Of a stretch of 64,000 bases of DNA, positions 60,200 to 64,000 are shown piece by piece. The notes below the pieces were generated by a model that was not told the DNA's origin, did not search any database, and was given only the letters and a program-made list of their open reading frames with translations. The stretch lies in the NCBI GenBank assembly GCA_036172245.1, contig JAYWIR010000021.1:248001-312000 (forward strand), in the 5' to 3' direction. Each line of letters opens with the position of its first letter. The stretch's first letter is position 1. The stretch comes from Raillietiella orientalis (taxonomy: Eukaryota). Both the position numbers and the translations under genes were made by a program.

Positions 60200-62310
60200 C
60201 GGACCTCAAATGCAGCCGGATTTCCTCGTTTCCCTCTGGCCTTTATCTGGTCTCTCTTCCGCGTGCGGCCGCTGTGCCGTTGCCAGGCAAATGTCCGGTC
60301 CCCCGCTGTGGAAGCACAGCTCTGCAATGCTGCTGCTCTCTCTCTGGTCGTGCGGGGTTCCCGTGGCGACATCCTGGACTGCGCACTTTTGCAGCCTTCC
60401 TCTCTGCCTGAGAATTCCGTTTGCTGACGAGGAAGCTTCCTGTTTCATCCTTGGCAATCGGGGAAACACCTTCAGCTGGGCTTCCTCCTCATGCCTTCCG
60501 GTTCGGAGGCGAACGGGTTGAGACTCCTCGCCGGGGAGTCTCCCTTCCTGTTTCTTCATTCTCGGGTGCGCAAATTTACGTTCCCACAATCACATGGAAT
60601 TCCTCCGAGAATGAAGGGGAGGAGGGGGAACAGAAGTCGGCATGCTTTGCGCTGGTCGGAAGCGCTGCTATCGATGGCTTTGGGTCTCGTTCCCACGGAG
60701 ACCCAAAGCCATCTCACTCTTTCAGAGAGCTGGGATGTTCTGCAGATCTGCGAAGGATCCGCCAGCTTCCAGCTGCCGCCTTCGTCTCCAGGTTCAAAAG
60801 AACAGCTTTTCTTTGAGCGATGGTCAAGTGGTTTCCTTAACTGGCGCGCTGTTCGACCCACTACTCTTTTTGCTCACGGATTCATCAGCTACCATGGTGA
60901 TCTTGCGCCCTGATGACAAGAGTGATAAATTTCAAAGTAGTTCCTTGCCCTTTTTCCGCTGAGCCGAAACGGACAGGAATGCGGATGAAATCCTCCAGTG
61001 TAAACAGTGGGAAGGAGCGTGCCCGCAGGTGGAGGAGCCGCCCCCGAACGCTGGGCTTTTCCCGTTCATTAAGCCGCGCTTGCGGTGCAGCAGAGCTCAT
61101 CTACGGGCGCTCCCATGAGGACCGCAGCGCTGCTCAACCCCCGCTTTTCCTCCTCGCGGCGGGTAGGAAGGCGCAGAGCGCGAGATGAAATGTCCGCCTT
61201 CGGATGCTCGCAGCAACAGATGGCAACTGCACCCGTCTTTAACAGGAGAGGTTCGTCGCCTGTCAACTTGGAGATTCAACGCGTCGGAGGACCCAATCTT
61301 GCGATTAGCAGGGTAGACAGCGGGAGCGGGAGTATTGGTCAACAGATTGATGATTTGAGCGACCTCTGAATTCCAAGGGGTGACCTTAGAGTGGCCCGCC
61401 CTTTAACGCGGATTAACAGAGCCGAAGGAGGTGATGCATTGTGGGTTTCGTTTATTAGGATCGTCAGTTTCACATTTTGCACGGCTTCTTGGGAGAGTCG
61501 CGGGAACACTGCTTTGCAGACTTCTGAAAAAGGGACGCAAGATCTCCTGATGTCTGCAAGGAGGCGCGCCTATTTCAGACTCAGGGACTCTCCCCAGCAT
61601 TCCTCGCTTCCTTTGCAGACCAGTGGGCCTCCTCCTGAGGGAGAAAAACGCCCTCTGCCCCACCGGGAAAAGCGGCCGAGCAGAGCACGCGCAAGTGACT
61701 CAGATCGCGGCTTCCGAGAGATCCGAGGTCTAAGAGGAAACCAAGGAAAGTTGCGCCACCCTTTACCGCATGGACACACCCTCCGTGTCTCTACGGATGG
61801 TTGATTCCTGTCCGAAAAAGGCAGAGGGGGTCAGAACCCCGGGTCCCCACTCCTGAGAAATTGCCTCGGAGGTCCCCTTCTGCATCTTCTTGCCTGAGCA
61901 CCGTCGGGCAATCCGAGCTCCTCCTCTGGCGCTCCGTTTTGAGCCCGTCCGCATTCCCCATGATCAGCTCGCTCGCCGAGGGGGGAGGGCCCACCGAGCG
62001 GACGGAGCTCCGACGGTGCCACAAGGGAGGTGCATCCTCTGTGTAGACTTTGGCGCTTCAGCGGTTCCCCGCTCTCGGTCGCACTCACTCGAGACGGCTG
62101 AAGCTGGACGTGATGCACGGAAAGCATCGCTGGCCTGCGGAAACCCACTGCTGCTGTCCCGCCATATGCTTCTTCACCAGAGCGTCGGTGAATGCCAGCG
62201 AAGAGCGCGGGACGGCCACCCAGGTGTGGATTGCCTCGAAGTGCGGCGCGTGTGCTGCCAGCATCCCTGCTGATCTCCTTCCTCTTCCTCAGCACGCTAA
62301 AGCACCCCTG
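60200..62310 (+). mobile_element. NeSL-like element, zinc fingers through RT start (3' truncated)
   Basis: CGRC..W...CGVPV..WTAHFC (finger), RRCHKGG (LIHK.G) and QVWIASK..AASIPADLL (AW.D...AFGSIPH). Confidence 0.45.
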
Positions 62311-62369
62311 TCTTGAAGAGAGTTAGGTCAGGTAGGGAAGGGTTGGATTCGGTAAGGTCAGGAAGAGGC

Positions 62370-64000
62370 AGAAATACCAGCGGAAATGGAGGAATCTCGA
62401 ACCCAAAAATCGTTTCTGAAGATATTTGTTTCGGGATGGATGGGGAGAAAGAAGGAAGCGCTGACTCCGTTTTCGGATGGGCGCTCTCCTGCTTTCATGA
62501 AGTTGTAGAAGAAGTCCAGGTTGTTCTCGAGATGCCAGTGACAAGGATGTTCGAGACATGCGCTCCCTGGTTGTATGGGAAGCATTAAATCCTTCAGGCT
62601 ACTCCCTCTGCTCTTCAGAGAATTGGGACCCCTTTTTTAGGCAGTGATCCTCGGCGAGTCACCAGTGTGCCTCTAAAGGTGCATTTTCTGGAATCCTTTC
62701 CCTTGGGAACCGAGGAGGAGGACGAAACTGCTGGAAGGATGCTGCGTTGGCACCACCAGTAGCTCTCCAAGCGTCGGTATCAAATTTTCTTTCTTAAGAA
62801 GCGACACCTCTTTCTCCTTCGAGAAAATCCGTGGTACAAACGCATTCAACCTGCGATAACAGCCTGCACAGTTCTCAAAGGTGGTCTGGGACAGCAAGAA
62901 ACACGGGCAGCAGCCCCTCCGAAGATTCACTTTTTTTTCTTCTACATCTACAACTTTTCCCTGCTTCTTCAGCAGATGCTTCGGGTTCCCATCGCAAAGC
63001 ACCCTTCGATCGATCAGCTGATGGCGCTTCATGATCCAAAGAGATTGAAGCCAGACTCAGGAAAGAGTGGTACGAGGCTCAGTGAGGAAAATCACTCGTT
63101 TTTCGGCAACAGGGGGACTGAGCACACTTTGAGCGGGGATCTTCATTCGTTCTTGATTTCCAAAAGAAGGTCAGAGCTCCGCCATGGCTCGTCGTATCTG
63201 CTGACTTTGCTCCGGAGCTCTCTTCTTGGGCAGCTCTTCGTCAGAAATGCTGCGTACTATGGTTTGAGGTGATCTCCAGGTGAGACCGTGAGGCAGTTAA
63301 ATCTTCTGCTTGCCATCCTCGCTTTCATGATGCCGCTCGTCCTGCCTTCCTTCTGCACACGCATTCCGGACGAGCTTTCCTTCTGGAGAAGTCGAGGCAA
63401 AGAAACGAAACCCCTCAGCTGGCAAGCGATTCGGTTCAAGTTTCCATTTGAAGGAGAATCTTTTTTGATTTGAAGGTGGTGCGCGGGAGGTGCTGTATTT
63501 CTTTTGGCCCCGTTCTCTCTTCAGTGAGGAATTTATCGATACGCGCAGCAAAGTTCGTCTAATGGGCTCGCCAGCAACGCAACTTCTTCCCTCGCATCTC
63601 CAAGAGAAACCTCCGGCTCGACCGGCGCTCCATTTCTACCCAACAGTTTCGACCAGCCACGCCGGTTCTTGGAATTTTCGATCCTTGCGTCTGTCTGCCT
63701 ACTGCTTGCTATCACGTTCTCGCCTCCCTTCAGGATAGGGCTCAAATAAGTGGTCATTCTTCCTTCGTTTTCCACACTCCAGCGTCACCCTCTCTGGTCC
63801 GAGGAAATCGCCTCCCAAGTCCTTCTTGCCAGTTAGGGGCGCTTTTTCCTCCACAGCCGTGGCCACTGATTTTCTCCCGTTCGATCTCGCACGCAAGCTT
63901 CACCCCGCCTCACGTGCACCTGGGCTTTTGGTGTCTTTCTGTCACACACGTCTCCGTTGATCGTCCTTGCGACCTGGGGATCCTACGTCATCGACTCCAA
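62370..64000 (-). mobile_element. NeSL/R2-like RT-to-CCHC remnant, running off the window edge
   Basis: RKNDHLF (GC.EN..L), RNGAP (GVP), SINSSLKRE (SGVKQG), RRFNC (L.FN..KC), VPLLPK (PL.P), GSQGKG and GAHVSN (HVLN). Confidence 0.55.

Noticed and set aside
61148..61190. HDV-like cctcctcgcgg motif
   Set aside because: P1 and P3 are incomplete, there is no clear catalytic C strand, and it lies mid-element.
61445..61467. Hammerhead-like core on the minus strand (ctgacga-tcctaataaac-gaaac)
   Set aside because: Stem II does not pair, and no stem I, stem III or cleavage triplet could be built.
1..64000. CRISPR array, prokaryotic operon or viral genes
   Set aside because: There are no regularly spaced repeats, no dense intact ORFs and no recognisable viral or bacterial proteins.

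Overview
This is eukaryotic, probably arthropod-like DNA (inferred from TTAGG-type repeat tracts and the transposon spectrum). It is GC-rich and CpG-rich. I find no intact host gene, no rRNA and no CRISPR array. The window is a densely packed graveyard of heavily decayed, frameshifted transposable elements on both strands. About 25 fragments belong to restriction-like-endonuclease (RLE) non-LTR retrotransposons (NeSL/Utopia-like, R2-like and one R4/Dong-like). There is one APE-type LINE, plus remnants of six DNA-transposon groups: Merlin/IS1595-like, THAP-ISL2EU/Harbinger, piggyBac, hAT, Tc1/mariner and THAP-P-element. All protein calls come from recognising degenerate motifs by eye across reading frames, so boundaries are approximate and no database search was run. 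Two non-coding signals stand out. The first is a conserved, apparently structured cassette of about 100-290 nt, found in three copies at the 5' end of NeSL-like elements. Two of those copies carry a tRNA-like B-box/T-arm head and sit directly behind another element's RLE 3' end. The second is a degenerate HDV-like ribozyme fold upstream of an RT remnant.
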